Shown here: positions 37,600-46,735 of the stretch, piece after piece
Numbering within the stretch: position 1 is the stretch's first letter
How the letters are laid out: the number at the start of each line of letters is the position of its first letter
Virus record (IMG/VR): IMGVR_UViG_3300049489_001113
Location: 36,479-100,478 of that record
DNA length: 64,000 nucleotides
Source of the DNA: a virus
Direction: 5' to 3' (one strand)
Notes under the pieces: model-generated
What the model saw: only the letters and a program-made list of their open reading frames with translations
Databases searched by the model: none
Told to the model about the DNA's origin: nothing
Translations under genes and position numbers: made by a program

Positions 37600-38097
37600 T
37601 CAGAGGGGCCCGGCGGTGACCAGCTTCTCGGCCAGGATGCCCTCGTTGGCAAGGGTCAGCTTCTCGATGAGGACCTCGTTCGAGGAGGCATCCAGGTCAC
37701 CGATCTCGAGTTCCGAGGGCCAGGCGCGCTGCACGGTCCACTTCCACACGTCGACGCCGCTCTTGTTCTTGAGGTAGATGACCACCTCGCGGCGGAAATC
37801 GGCAGTGCCTGCCCCGTCGGTCCCGGGGGGCTGCGCACCCTCGGTGTTGTCGAGCGAGAAGATCTGGTCACGCCAGCCGAGCAGGTCCGACCCGTCGGCG
37901 GCCATGCCGCGCTCGAGCACCACGTTCTCGAAGGTGGTCTGCCCGGGGAGCTTGCGGGGGGTCTCGTTCTCCCCGCCCTCCCGGTACTCGATGATCTCGG
38001 TCGTCTCTTTGAGTCCGGAAATCATCCGGAAGCCCATAGGAACGCCGTTGATCTCGACGCGGAACTTGAAGTTGCGGTATGGATCACGGATTGGCAT
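37600..38097 (-). CDS. Tail tube protein (T4 gp19-like)
   Basis: DPYRNFKFRVEI, EYREGG, KLPG, LERG, AWP, LDA.SN.V.IE motifs. Confidence 0.93.
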   Translation of the reverse strand: MPIRDPYRNFKFRVEINGVPMGFRMISGLKETTEIIEYREGGENETPRKLPGQTTFENVVLERGMAADGSDLLGWRDQIFSLDNTEGAQPPGTDGAGTADFRREVVIYLKNKSGVDVWKWTVQRAWPSELEIGDLDASSNEVLIEKLTLANEGILAEKLVTAGPL

Positions 38098-38109
38098 GGT
38101 TCAAGCTCC

Positions 38110-40554
38110 TCACTCGGTCACGGTCGTGGAGCCATCGTACTGCGAGAACCGGAAGATCAGGAACTCGGCGGGGCGCTGAGGTGCGATGCCGATCTCCCCG
38201 ATCAACCGTCCGGCCAGGACGTCGGCGGGCGTGGTGGTGGTCTCGTCGATCTTCACGAAGTAGCTCTGGGCTGGGGTGGCGCCGGGGAAGGCGCGCTGCT
38301 CCCAGAGCCCGCGAAGGAACTTCGAGATGAGGTCGGTGAGCTTCTGCCAGAGGCGGAAGTCGTTGTTGCGGAACACGTAGGCCCGCGTGCTCTTGGCCAC
38401 CGACTGCTCCACGAAGGTGAAGAGGCGGCGGACGGAGATGTACTGCCAGTTCGGGTCGTTCGAGAGCGTGCGGCCGCCGTGGACGACGATCCCCTGGCCG
38501 TTGAACTTGCGGAGGCAGTTCACGCCGATGGGGTTGAGCACGTCCTGGTCGGAGTCGCGCACCTGCGCCTCGAGGGCGAGGGCACCGCGGATCTTGCCCT
38601 GGTCCCCGAACCCGGCAGGGGTGTTCCACACGCCGCCGTCGGGCGGGGTGAGGTTGTCCACCCGGGCGTAGATGCCGAGGATGTGACCGACGGGGTCGAC
38701 CGTGATCTGCGGGTTCGAGCCGGCGCCGACGGGGTCGGTGACCGTGATGCGGGGCCAGTACAGCGCCGCGTGCGAGGTGTTGAAACCGCCGGTGATCTGG
38801 CGGTAGGTCTCGATCTGTTCCCGCGTCCGTCCCGCCTGGGGTCCGACCACGTAGAACAGGTCCTTGCGGGCCTCGACGTAGTCGATGACCTGCTGGACCA
38901 TCGCGGCGGCGTAGTAGCCGGGGATGGCGAGCAGCGAGATGTCGTCGAGGTCGTCGAAGAGGTGCACACCGGTGTGTCCGGCCTCGCTCCCGACGATGTC
39001 GGCGGTCACGATGCCGGTGCTCTCGTCCGTGCCGCCGGACAGTGGGTACGTACCGGCCTGCGGCGTGTCCGCACCCTCGCCAAGGAGGGCGTTCTCGTCG
39101 ACCACCCGGATGATGAGCGAGCCGGTCGCGTCGTCGTTGATGACGGTCTCGACGTAGTTGTCGACGGTGTCGAGCATGGACACCTGCGACCACACCTCGA
39201 GCAGCGCGCCGAGCTTGTAGACCTGCACGTCGAACTCGAGGCTTTTCACCGTCGTGGCACCCACGAGGTAGCCGTTCGTGATGGCCGTGGTGGTCGTCAC
39301 GACGTGCTTGATGGCCGCACCCACGACCACCTTGGCGATCGACTGGATGATCTTGTGCTCGGTGTTCACGCCGTCGGTGATCCGGAGGATCATGCCGGCG
39401 GTGAGCCCGTCGCCGTGCGCCAGCTCGATCGTGCTCGAGGCGGCGACCACCGCGCTGTAGAGGTCGAGCCCCACACCCAAGGAGGCGAACAAGGGGTTGT
39501 CCACCAGGGTGACGGAGAGGTCGTTGCCCCATTCGCCGGGGTTCGCCGCGAGCACCGTGAGGGCGTGCTGCGTGGCGGAGGCGGCGCCGGTGGTGACGCC
39601 GACGGTCAGCCCGAAGGCAGTGAGGAGACCGGCGGACGAGGCCACCTTGATGTCGATCTCGCTCGCGGGACCGGTGGTCGGGCTCGTGAGAACGATGAAG
39701 CCGCCGCTGCTCTGCGTCACGACGAGGCCGGTGATGGCCGCCGTGACGACCGTGTCCACCTCGGCGAAGGTCACCGCGTCGATGTTCGACACGTTGCCGG
39801 CGCCCGACGTGCTGCCGATGGCGAGCCCGATGGTGGCCCGGCCGGTGCCGCCAATGATGTTCACCGAGGAGCCGGTGCCGCGCCGGTCGGAGCGGATGCG
39901 GACCTCCCCGCCGGACACCTCGGCCTGCGCGCCGACGATCTGCGCGTTGATCTCCGCGACGACGTCGGCCGCGAGAGAGGCGGCTGCGGTGAAGATGATG
40001 GTCTGCGTGGCCCCGCCGTCGATGGCGAGGGTGAGCGTCTCACCGCCGGCGAACAGGGTGGGGAAGGTACCCGCCACGCCAGTGCGCGCACCGGCGGTCG
40101 CCGTGAAGGTGGCGATCAGCACACCGCCGTTGTTCAGGTCGATGTTGAGGGTCCAGCCCGGCTCGAGGTCGTATGTCGGGAGCGCGGTGCCGATGACCTG
40201 CGCGGGGCTCGCGTCACCGAGATCGCTCTCGATGTCGGTCCCGGTGTTCGCGGTGGCACCGACGATCGTGAGGGGATCGTCCGGGTCGGTGTAGTGCGCA
40301 AGGCGACCGACGTAGCACTGCGTGCCGCCGTTGATGAAGAAGCCCTGCACGGCGTAGGCGAGTTCGCTCCGGTCAGGGTCGAAGTCGCCGAACCGGCGCT
40401 TGAACTCCTCGAAGGAGGTGCACTTGACCGGCTCGTCGACCGGCCCCATGAGCGCCACACCGAGGAAAGCTGCCACGGCCGTACCCGCTGCCTGGATCGG
40501 CGCGGTGCCCTGGACTTCCTCGATGTAGACACCCGGGTGAAGGTAGGAAGGCAT
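38110..40554 (-). CDS. Tail sheath protein
   Basis: Y.HPGVYIEE N-terminus; ALYWP, LNP.GVNCLR, YISVRR, PAEF..FR C-terminus. Confidence 0.95.
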   Translation of the reverse strand: MPSYLHPGVYIEEVQGTAPIQAAGTAVAAFLGVALMGPVDEPVKCTSFEEFKRRFGDFDPDRSELAYAVQGFFINGGTQCYVGRLAHYTDPDDPLTIVGATANTGTDIESDLGDASPAQVIGTALPTYDLEPGWTLNIDLNNGGVLIATFTATAGARTGVAGTFPTLFAGGETLTLAIDGGATQTIIFTAAASLAADVVAEINAQIVGAQAEVSGGEVRIRSDRRGTGSSVNIIGGTGRATIGLAIGSTSGAGNVSNIDAVTFAEVDTVVTAAITGLVVTQSSGGFIVLTSPTTGPASEIDIKVASSAGLLTAFGLTVGVTTGAASATQHALTVLAANPGEWGNDLSVTLVDNPLFASLGVGLDLYSAVVAASSTIELAHGDGLTAGMILRITDGVNTEHKIIQSIAKVVVGAAIKHVVTTTTAITNGYLVGATTVKSLEFDVQVYKLGALLEVWSQVSMLDTVDNYVETVINDDATGSLIIRVVDENALLGEGADTPQAGTYPLSGGTDESTGIVTADIVGSEAGHTGVHLFDDLDDISLLAIPGYYAAAMVQQVIDYVEARKDLFYVVGPQAGRTREQIETYRQITGGFNTSHAALYWPRITVTDPVGAGSNPQITVDPVGHILGIYARVDNLTPPDGGVWNTPAGFGDQGKIRGALALEAQVRDSDQDVLNPIGVNCLRKFNGQGIVVHGGRTLSNDPNWQYISVRRLFTFVEQSVAKSTRAYVFRNNDFRLWQKLTDLISKFLRGLWEQRAFPGATPAQSYFVKIDETTTTPADVLAGRLIGEIGIAPQRPAEFLIFRFSQYDGSTTVTE

Positions 40555-40658
40555 CGACTACTCCTGTGTTTCGCTGGTCGTCCGGGCGTGTCGATGCGTG
40601 TTCGAGGACTTCCGTACGTGGGACAGTATCACAAGGCGCTCGCGTGTGCTCCGGCACC

Positions 40659-41333
40659 CTAACCGGTGACGATCAGGGTGGTGTCGAGCACGAGATCTGG
40701 CTGATCGGCGACCGGAGTTGCCGGGTCGTTCTTGCCTTTCTTGAAGGACAGGCGCAGCTCCATCGCCTGCTGGACGGTGAGCACGTCGTTGGGACCCAGC
40801 TCCACGAGGACCTCGTAGGTGTAGGTCTTGTGGTAGATGCGCTGGTCCTGCACGTCCTCGTCGTTGTTGTCGAACCCGGTCATGAACGCGTGCACGTCCT
40901 CGTCGGCACCGTCGGGCGCGCTCGAGTCGAGCGTGAGCACGCCCTTGTCGCCGAGCCGCTCCAACACGAGCTGCTGCACCGCGCGGTCGACCACGGCGCG
41001 GGCGAGCACCCAGGTCTCGAGGAAGTAGATGAGCCGGTACGGCGTAGGCACGGGGACCATGCTGCTCGTGTACACGGGGCCGGATGTGTTCTCGCCGACC
41101 TTGTACCGCTCCCCCTCCTGCTCCCCCTGCCGCCGATCCTCATCCCGCTCGATGCTCCGCAGCGCGATCGAGATGGAAGGGAACTTGCGCGTCAGCGCCT
41201 CCTCCACGTCGGGCTGCTCCTGGAAGAACTCGACCGGGAGCACGGTGGGGCCGGCGCCGAGGTTCACGGTGACGGAGGCACCCGTGAACTTGTCTTCGAA
41301 CGCCTGGTCAACTTTCGGGATGGTCTGTGCCAC
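40659..41333 (-). CDS. Tail terminator / Pvc16-like protein
   Basis: Position immediately before sheath; PSISI.L..IE.D..R and P.PY.L.Y motifs. Confidence 0.6.
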   Translation of the reverse strand: MAQTIPKVDQAFEDKFTGASVTVNLGAGPTVLPVEFFQEQPDVEEALTRKFPSISIALRSIERDEDRRQGEQEGERYKVGENTSGPVYTSSMVPVPTPYRLIYFLETWVLARAVVDRAVQQLVLERLGDKGVLTLDSSAPDGADEDVHAFMTGFDNNDEDVQDQRIYHKTYTYEVLVELGPNDVLTVQQAMELRLSFKKGKNDPATPVADQPDLVLDTTLIVTG

Positions 41334-41342
41334 GTGGTGATC

Positions 41343-41864
41343 CTACCCCTTGAAGCGTCGAGGACTGCGGAGGTCGAACCACTCCCCGCGAGCCAGGCGT
41401 CGGTACGCCGGGGACGTGGCCTTCGTCTCCGTGACGGCACGCACCCACACGGGGCGCTTCGGCACGCCGTGATCGCCGCTCGATCCCTTCTCGTGGATCA
41501 GGGGCAGATTCTGGGGTGCATCGCGCAGGCTCCGCTTCTCGAAGACGCCGATGCCGAAGACGATGCCTTCGTCACCACCCTCGGTGCGCAAACCGGCGGC
41601 GACGTTGACGTTCTTCACCATCGTTCCGGTCTCGATGAGCGTACGCGCGTCCATGCGACGCTTCTTCTTGTCCCACTTCCAGTCCGCGGAGAGCGGCGGA
41701 CCGCCCACATCACCGGACCGGATCTTCCGCTGCACCGTGCGGCGCACGTCATCGGCGAACCTCTGCACCTCGGCGGAGGTGCGTACCTGCAGGACTTGGC
41801 GGAAATCCTTGCGCCACAGCCCGCAGCGTCCGACCCACGTGGAGGTGACGACCTTCATCTTCAT
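41343..41864 (-). CDS. Neck / tail completion protein
   Basis: PPLS..W..KK, LIETG, IHEKG..VPKRP motifs. Confidence 0.7.
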   Translation of the reverse strand: MKMKVVTSTWVGRCGLWRKDFRQVLQVRTSAEVQRFADDVRRTVQRKIRSGDVGGPPLSADWKWDKKKRRMDARTLIETGTMVKNVNVAAGLRTEGGDEGIVFGIGVFEKRSLRDAPQNLPLIHEKGSSGDHGVPKRPVWVRAVTETKATSPAYRRLARGEWFDLRSPRRFKG

Positions 41865-42292
41865 GGGTACGCCGTCTCAGCCCCACCGGGGATGGTCTCC
41901 CCGATGAGCACGAGCATGGAGTAGGTGAGCGCGACCTTCCCTGTCGGGTGGGCCTCGACGACCCGGTAGACCCGACCCTCGAACCCGATCCGATCGTCGT
42001 TCGTGATCCAGTACGGCTCGGTGGCCAGCGGGAACTTCTCGTTCAGCTCGAGGCGCGAGAACACGAAGGCGATCTCCACCTCTTCGGCGTCTCCGATGAA
42101 GGAAAGCTGATCCTTGGTGGGACGCCTGATCCCTCGTCCACGCACCGAGACGGGGTCCGCGAAGACCTGCTCCCCCTGCTTGTACTGGTCGAGCACGGTG
42201 CTCTCGTACTTGAGCACGTCCATGTCGGTGCCGTGATCGCGCAACAGGTCGTGGACCTTGTTCTGGATCTTCGGCTCGTTCGCCTTGGCCAT
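41861..42292 (-). CDS. Head closure / head-tail joining protein
   Basis: Position in neck cluster; DRI.FEG..YRV. Confidence 0.65.
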   Translation of the reverse strand: MAKANEPKIQNKVHDLLRDHGTDMDVLKYESTVLDQYKQGEQVFADPVSVRGRGIRRPTKDQLSFIGDAEEVEIAFVFSRLELNEKFPLATEPYWITNDDRIGFEGRVYRVVEAHPTGKVALTYSMLVLIGETIPGGAETAYP

Positions 42293-42295
42293 GTC

Positions 42296-43108
42296 CTACG
42301 GTACCACCACGGTCACGACGTCGGAGAAGGAGTGCAGCGTGTTGTCGCTCACGGACGCGATGCAGAACTGCCAGGTCCCGGCCGTGAGATCGTCGACCAC
42401 GACGCGCGTGCGCACGATGGTGCCGTACGTCTCCCCGTGTGGATCGGCGATGAGGCGGAACCTGTGGGTGTCCTCGGGGACGTCCAGTGTTTCCGGCGCA
42501 AGCGCACGAAACAGCTCGTACCGCTCGAAGTTGTCGTCGAAGACGGGGTCCCACGTGAGCACCACGTTGCCACCGGACAGCGTGGCGACGAAGTTCGACG
42601 GTGCCGCGATGCCCTGATCGAGCCCGTAGGACGCCCTCGCGCCGGAGCGCAGTGCCTTCCGGAACAGCGTCTTCGACTGCACCTCTGGCAGCAGGGGCGT
42701 GGCCCCGGGGGTCGAGCCCTTGGTGCCGACCTCGCCGTCGTACTCCTTCTGCAGACGGTCCGCGAGGTCGAGCCACACGTCCGCACCGGCGGTGGTGGCG
42801 CCCTCCTGCACCGTCAGATCCGGCACGGCGATCATCGTGATGTCGCCGGGGTCGTCACCGCTCGCTGCGTCCGTGGCGCGGACGTAGGCCATGTGGATGG
42901 CCGCGAGCTTCACGAGCAGGAACCGACGCTCGGACGGCACGTCGGTGTCCACGGAGTACCCGGGCGACGCGCCGAAATCGAAGGTCAGCTTCTCGAGCGC
43001 GAACTGGACCGCGTCGTAGTAGTCCTCGTCCTCGTAGATGACTTCGATGTCATCGTCGCGGACGAGCTGCCGGATGCGGCGGACGGTTTCTGTGGTCGCG
43101 ACGGCCAT
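42296..43108 (-). CDS. Head-tail adaptor with C-terminal FN3-like domain
   Basis: RRIRQLVRD N-terminus; APSNF..VVLTWDP..Y FN3-like C-terminus. Confidence 0.7.
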   Translation of the reverse strand: MAVATTETVRRIRQLVRDDDIEVIYEDEDYYDAVQFALEKLTFDFGASPGYSVDTDVPSERRFLLVKLAAIHMAYVRATDAASGDDPGDITMIAVPDLTVQEGATTAGADVWLDLADRLQKEYDGEVGTKGSTPGATPLLPEVQSKTLFRKALRSGARASYGLDQGIAAPSNFVATLSGGNVVLTWDPVFDDNFERYELFRALAPETLDVPEDTHRFRLIADPHGETYGTIVRTRVVVDDLTAGTWQFCIASVSDNTLHSFSDVVTVVVP

Positions 43109-43129
43109 CTGGGCCTCCTACCAGGGAGG

Positions 43130-43555
43130 CTACTCCACGAACCCGTGGCTGCGGAAGAACTCCGCGGCTTCGCGGGGGAGGGTGATCGTCTCGCCCTCCT
43201 TGATCTTGTAGGCGCGACCGTAGGTCTTCACGGCGGACACCTTGCCGGTGACGGTCACCATGTCGGCCCCGGCCGAGGCGGAGGCGGGAGCGGGGGGCTT
43301 CACGACCAGCGGCTCAGGGAATGGTGGCATGCCGGTCTCTCCGCTCCCGGAGACATCCTGCACCTCGAGTCCGTCGACCTCGTGGATGAGCCACGCGACG
43401 AAGGGGCCCTTGTTGACCTGCTTCTTGTCGTCGTCGATGGGACCGAAGACCGCCTCCGCGGCGTCGATCAGATCCTGCCGCGAGTGGGCGCGGGGGTCCT
43501 TCTTGACGTTGGCGACCATCTCCTTGAGACGGGCGACGGGGTCGATCTCTTCCAT
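43130..43555 (-). CDS. Hypothetical protein after major capsid gene
   Basis: GAGGAG RBS before ATG at 43555. Confidence 0.65.
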   Translation of the reverse strand: MEEIDPVARLKEMVANVKKDPRAHSRQDLIDAAEAVFGPIDDDKKQVNKGPFVAWLIHEVDGLEVQDVSGSGETGMPPFPEPLVVKPPAPASASAGADMVTVTGKVSAVKTYGRAYKIKEGETITLPREAAEFFRSHGFVE

Positions 43556-43577
43556 GGGAAGCTCCTCGTAGCGAGAA

Positions 43578-43608
43578 GGCCCCACCACCGTTGTCCGATG
43601 GTGGGGCC
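43578..43608 (-). terminator. Stem-loop downstream of major capsid gene
   Basis: GGCCCCACCA / TGGTGGGGCC inverted repeat. Confidence 0.55.
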
Positions 43609-43653
43609 CTGGTTGGACGTGCGACGGATGCCGCCGTCGGACCCCTACGCCGA

Positions 43654-44604
43654 TCAGGCGTGGGTGATCTTCACGCCGTACTCGCCGTACAGCATGCCGA
43701 AGCCCATGATCGAGTACCAGGCGATACCGTGCTTGCGGCCGTAGTCCTGGACGCCCGACTCGCGCATCTCGACCGGTAGCGCGGTGGCCCAGCCAACGCA
43801 CATGTCGCCGAAGATGAACGCTTCGTACAGGTCGATGCCACCGGCGCCGGTCGCGTCGAGCGAAGCGGCGTAGCCCTCGGACGTGGCGCCCACGGCGCCG
43901 TTCGGCATGTGGGTCGTCGCGATGAAGACGACGTCCTCCCAGCGACCCAGCTCGCCGTTGAACAGCGCGCGGGTGTTGGCGTAGTTGTTCGCGGCGATCC
44001 AGTCCGGGTCGCGCTTGAGGTACGCGGCGGCGTGCGGGTGCACGAAGCCGACGTAGAAGTCCCCATTGAACTTCGGAGCGTTGGCGGTTTGGAGGATCTC
44101 GACCGCATCACGAACGGCTTCGACGTCGAACACGTCGTTGCTGTCCGTGGTGCCGATCGACGTGGCATCGCCGGCGAAGGTGCTGTTCGAGATGCCGGAC
44201 CGGAGGGTGTCGCGGATGGCGAGGTCGAGGACCACGGCGTAGTCGCGCCCGAGGAGGACGGCCGCCTCTTGGAGCACGTCGTCGTAGCTGAGGAGCAGGA
44301 GCTTCTCGGTCACGCTGACGGCGTTGGCGTACTCGGTCACCGTGATGGACGTCTGCGAGGCAGACATGTTCCGCTCGGTGATCGACGCATCCTCCGCCAC
44401 CACACCACCGCGCGTGAGGTTCGCGTAGCGGGTGAAGGTGACGGACTGGCCGGGCTGCGCCTGCAGCTCGGTCTTCTGGACCGTGAATTCCGCGAAGCGG
44501 GCGATGCCCATCGCGACGTGCTGGATGTCCATCGAGTAGACGGACAGCAGCGCCTGGGGAAGAGCGACAATGCTACCTGCGGTAGCTACGCCAGAGGTCG
44601 ACAT
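43654..44604 (-). CDS. Major capsid protein (N4-gp56 family)
   Basis: F.RY.NL, ITVTEY.NAV..TE, YVGFVHP, GELGRWEDV.FI.TT, DYGR..GIAWY motifs. Confidence 0.92.
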   Translation of the reverse strand: MSTSGVATAGSIVALPQALLSVYSMDIQHVAMGIARFAEFTVQKTELQAQPGQSVTFTRYANLTRGGVVAEDASITERNMSASQTSITVTEYANAVSVTEKLLLLSYDDVLQEAAVLLGRDYAVVLDLAIRDTLRSGISNSTFAGDATSIGTTDSNDVFDVEAVRDAVEILQTANAPKFNGDFYVGFVHPHAAAYLKRDPDWIAANNYANTRALFNGELGRWEDVVFIATTHMPNGAVGATSEGYAASLDATGAGGIDLYEAFIFGDMCVGWATALPVEMRESGVQDYGRKHGIAWYSIMGFGMLYGEYGVKITHA

Positions 44605-44651
44605 GATGTTTCAGGCTCCTTGAGGGTGGGACAGGGGAGGTTCTATCCCGA

Positions 44652-45437
44652 CTACGCCGTCCGCTTGAACGGGTGCGTCGACGGGATCTTGCTCTGCGCC
44701 TCCGCCATCAGGCGCGCTCGCGCTTCACGGTACTTCTGGGGGTCTCGGATCTTGGCCAACTCGTCCCGCTGAGCGGGGCTGAGGTTGAGCGCAGATCCCT
44801 TGGAGTCCGCATCCGAGGTCGGGGCCGCGGAGTTCGTCGGCAAGTCCTTGCCGAGTTCCTTCGCGACTTCGTCCCGGAGCTTCCCCTTGGCCTTGCCCAG
44901 GATGTCCGCTTCACGCTGGCGTGCCTTCTCGACGGACGCGTCGATCTCCTCGGGGGTGTTGCCGGTGACCAGCTCGGCGAGTTCGATGCCTGCCTCGCGC
45001 ACCTTCTTCTCCCGGTAGAGCCGAAGCTCCAGATCCGAGGTCTGTCGGCGCGACTCGGCCTTTACGGCTTCCAGCTCGCTGTCCTTGATCTTGAGCTTTT
45101 CCTCGAGTGCGGAGAGGCGTCGCTCGGTCTTCTCCTGCTCGGAGAGGGTCGAGTTGTCCTTCTCCAGGAGCTTGTTGCGAAGCTCGTCGGCTTCCGCCTT
45201 GATCTTCAACAGCTCCTTCTCCTTCTCTTCCCGTTCCCCCTTGAGCTTGTTCAACTCGGGGTACAGCTTGTTCTTCTCCTCCGTCCGAACCTGCTCGAGG
45301 AGCTTCCGGTGCTCGTCCTTCGAGATGACCTCGGGGACGGTGACCTTGGGATCCTGGGTGGTTGCGGTCGTGGTCGAAGCGCCCTGTGCGGGCGTGGTCG
45401 GTGTCGTGTTCTGCGTCGGGGCCGTGTCGGTGTTCAT
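44652..45437 (-). CDS. Capsid scaffolding protein
   Basis: Charged coiled coil, EK.KLYP and LVTGNTPEEIDAS motifs; immediately upstream of MCP. Confidence 0.85.
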   Translation of the reverse strand: MNTDTAPTQNTTPTTPAQGASTTTATTQDPKVTVPEVISKDEHRKLLEQVRTEEKNKLYPELNKLKGEREEKEKELLKIKAEADELRNKLLEKDNSTLSEQEKTERRLSALEEKLKIKDSELEAVKAESRRQTSDLELRLYREKKVREAGIELAELVTGNTPEEIDASVEKARQREADILGKAKGKLRDEVAKELGKDLPTNSAAPTSDADSKGSALNLSPAQRDELAKIRDPQKYREARARLMAEAQSKIPSTHPFKRTA

Positions 45438-45505
45438 GTAGTTTCCGGGTCTTCCGGGGAGGTGGTTGTCGCTCGATGGCTTGCGTCACCGGGCGGGTGG
45501 TTGGT

Positions 45506-45721
45506 TCAGACGAGACCGTTGCGCTGCGGGGGACCAGGCACCCGACGATGCAACCCGTCACCGGAGTTGTCGTTGGGGGTTTCGGTCACGGAGCCACGAA
45601 CGGTCTGCTCACGGCCGCGGGGAACCATGTTGGTTCCGACGGGGAGCTTCCCGGTGGGGCCTCGGTCCTGGTCGGTCTGCCCGCCGTTCGACGGCATCAT
45701 GGGCTTCGCGGAAGTCGGCAT
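45506..45721 (-). CDS. Small hypothetical head-region protein (71 aa)
   Basis: GAGG RBS; Gly/Pro-rich. Confidence 0.5.
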   Translation of the reverse strand: MPTSAKPMMPSNGGQTDQDRGPTGKLPVGTNMVPRGREQTVRGSVTETPNDNSGDGLHRRVPGPPQRNGLV

Positions 45722-45844
45722 GCGATCACCTCGGTTGTGGTTGCGGTCCTACATCGACACGGTCGTGCAGGCAAGCCCGCACTACCGGGAGCATATCACC
45801 ACATCCGCAGCAGCGTGTGTGGCGCATTTCTGCGTGTCGCGAGA

Positions 45845-46732
45845 TCACGGGATGAGTGGCTCTGCGAAACAAGCGCAGCTCGGATGAGGAAGCTCGGGCA
45901 TGTCGCCCAGCGGGTACAGCCCCCGCAGGTCTACGTCGCTCGGGTCGATGCCCGACTCACGGAGCAGCCGGCGGATTCCCGGGTACACGTCCACGTTGAG
46001 CTGCTCGCACGTCTCGATCCCATCCTGGAACCGATGCTCAGCGGACAGACGCCGGTAGGCGAACTCGAGCCCCGCGTCACCCATGACCGCGATGTCCGCG
46101 TCGTTGGCTTTCCTGACGGCATCCGCGACGAACACGCGGGTCATGTCGCGGATCATCGATCCGGCGGGTGTGCGGTCTCCACCAAGAGGTGCCGTGGCGC
46201 GCTCGATGATCTTCTCGCGATCCCGCTCGTTGCCGCGCGTGGAATCGAGCACCGCATCCACGCGTGCGATCTGCTTCTTTCCGATCGTCTTCACGCGCTG
46301 CTTCGTCGTGGCGCCGTAGAACTTCGCATCGGCGTCGGCGATCTTGGAGGCAAGCCTCTTCGCGTCCGCCGCGTCGACGTCGAACCCCTTCTTCTCGAGG
46401 AACTTGCGCGTGGCGTCTGCAGACAGCTTGGTCCCCTTCGACACCGCCACGTCGAGTCTGTCGGCAAACTTGCGCATCGCATCGTCGACCATGTCCTCTA
46501 CGGCTCGGTCCACCGCGCGTCTGGAGGTGGCCGTGAGCGTGCCGTCCTTCCTGTACACGAGAGCCGTCGCTATGCGACGGTCGAGCCTGTTCGCGAGCGC
46601 GCTCTGCTCCGCCGTGAGGCGGGACAGTTGCGCGATGATCTCCTTGCGGTAAGCGAGGCGCAGCTTCGCAAGCTGCTTGTCCCCTGCGCCGGAGAGGTAC
46701 CGCTTCTCGGCCGCCGTCAGCTTCTTGGCCAA
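45845..46732 (-). CDS. Minor head protein (Mu gpF-like)
   Basis: After portal; C-terminal LS..H...C....PHPSCAC motif. Confidence 0.75.
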   Translation of the reverse strand: MAKKLTAAEKRYLSGAGDKQLAKLRLAYRKEIIAQLSRLTAEQSALANRLDRRIATALVYRKDGTLTATSRRAVDRAVEDMVDDAMRKFADRLDVAVSKGTKLSADATRKFLEKKGFDVDAADAKRLASKIADADAKFYGATTKQRVKTIGKKQIARVDAVLDSTRGNERDREKIIERATAPLGGDRTPAGSMIRDMTRVFVADAVRKANDADIAVMGDAGLEFAYRRLSAEHRFQDGIETCEQLNVDVYPGIRRLLRESGIDPSDVDLRGLYPLGDMPELPHPSCACFAEPLIP

Positions 46733-46735
46733 GGG

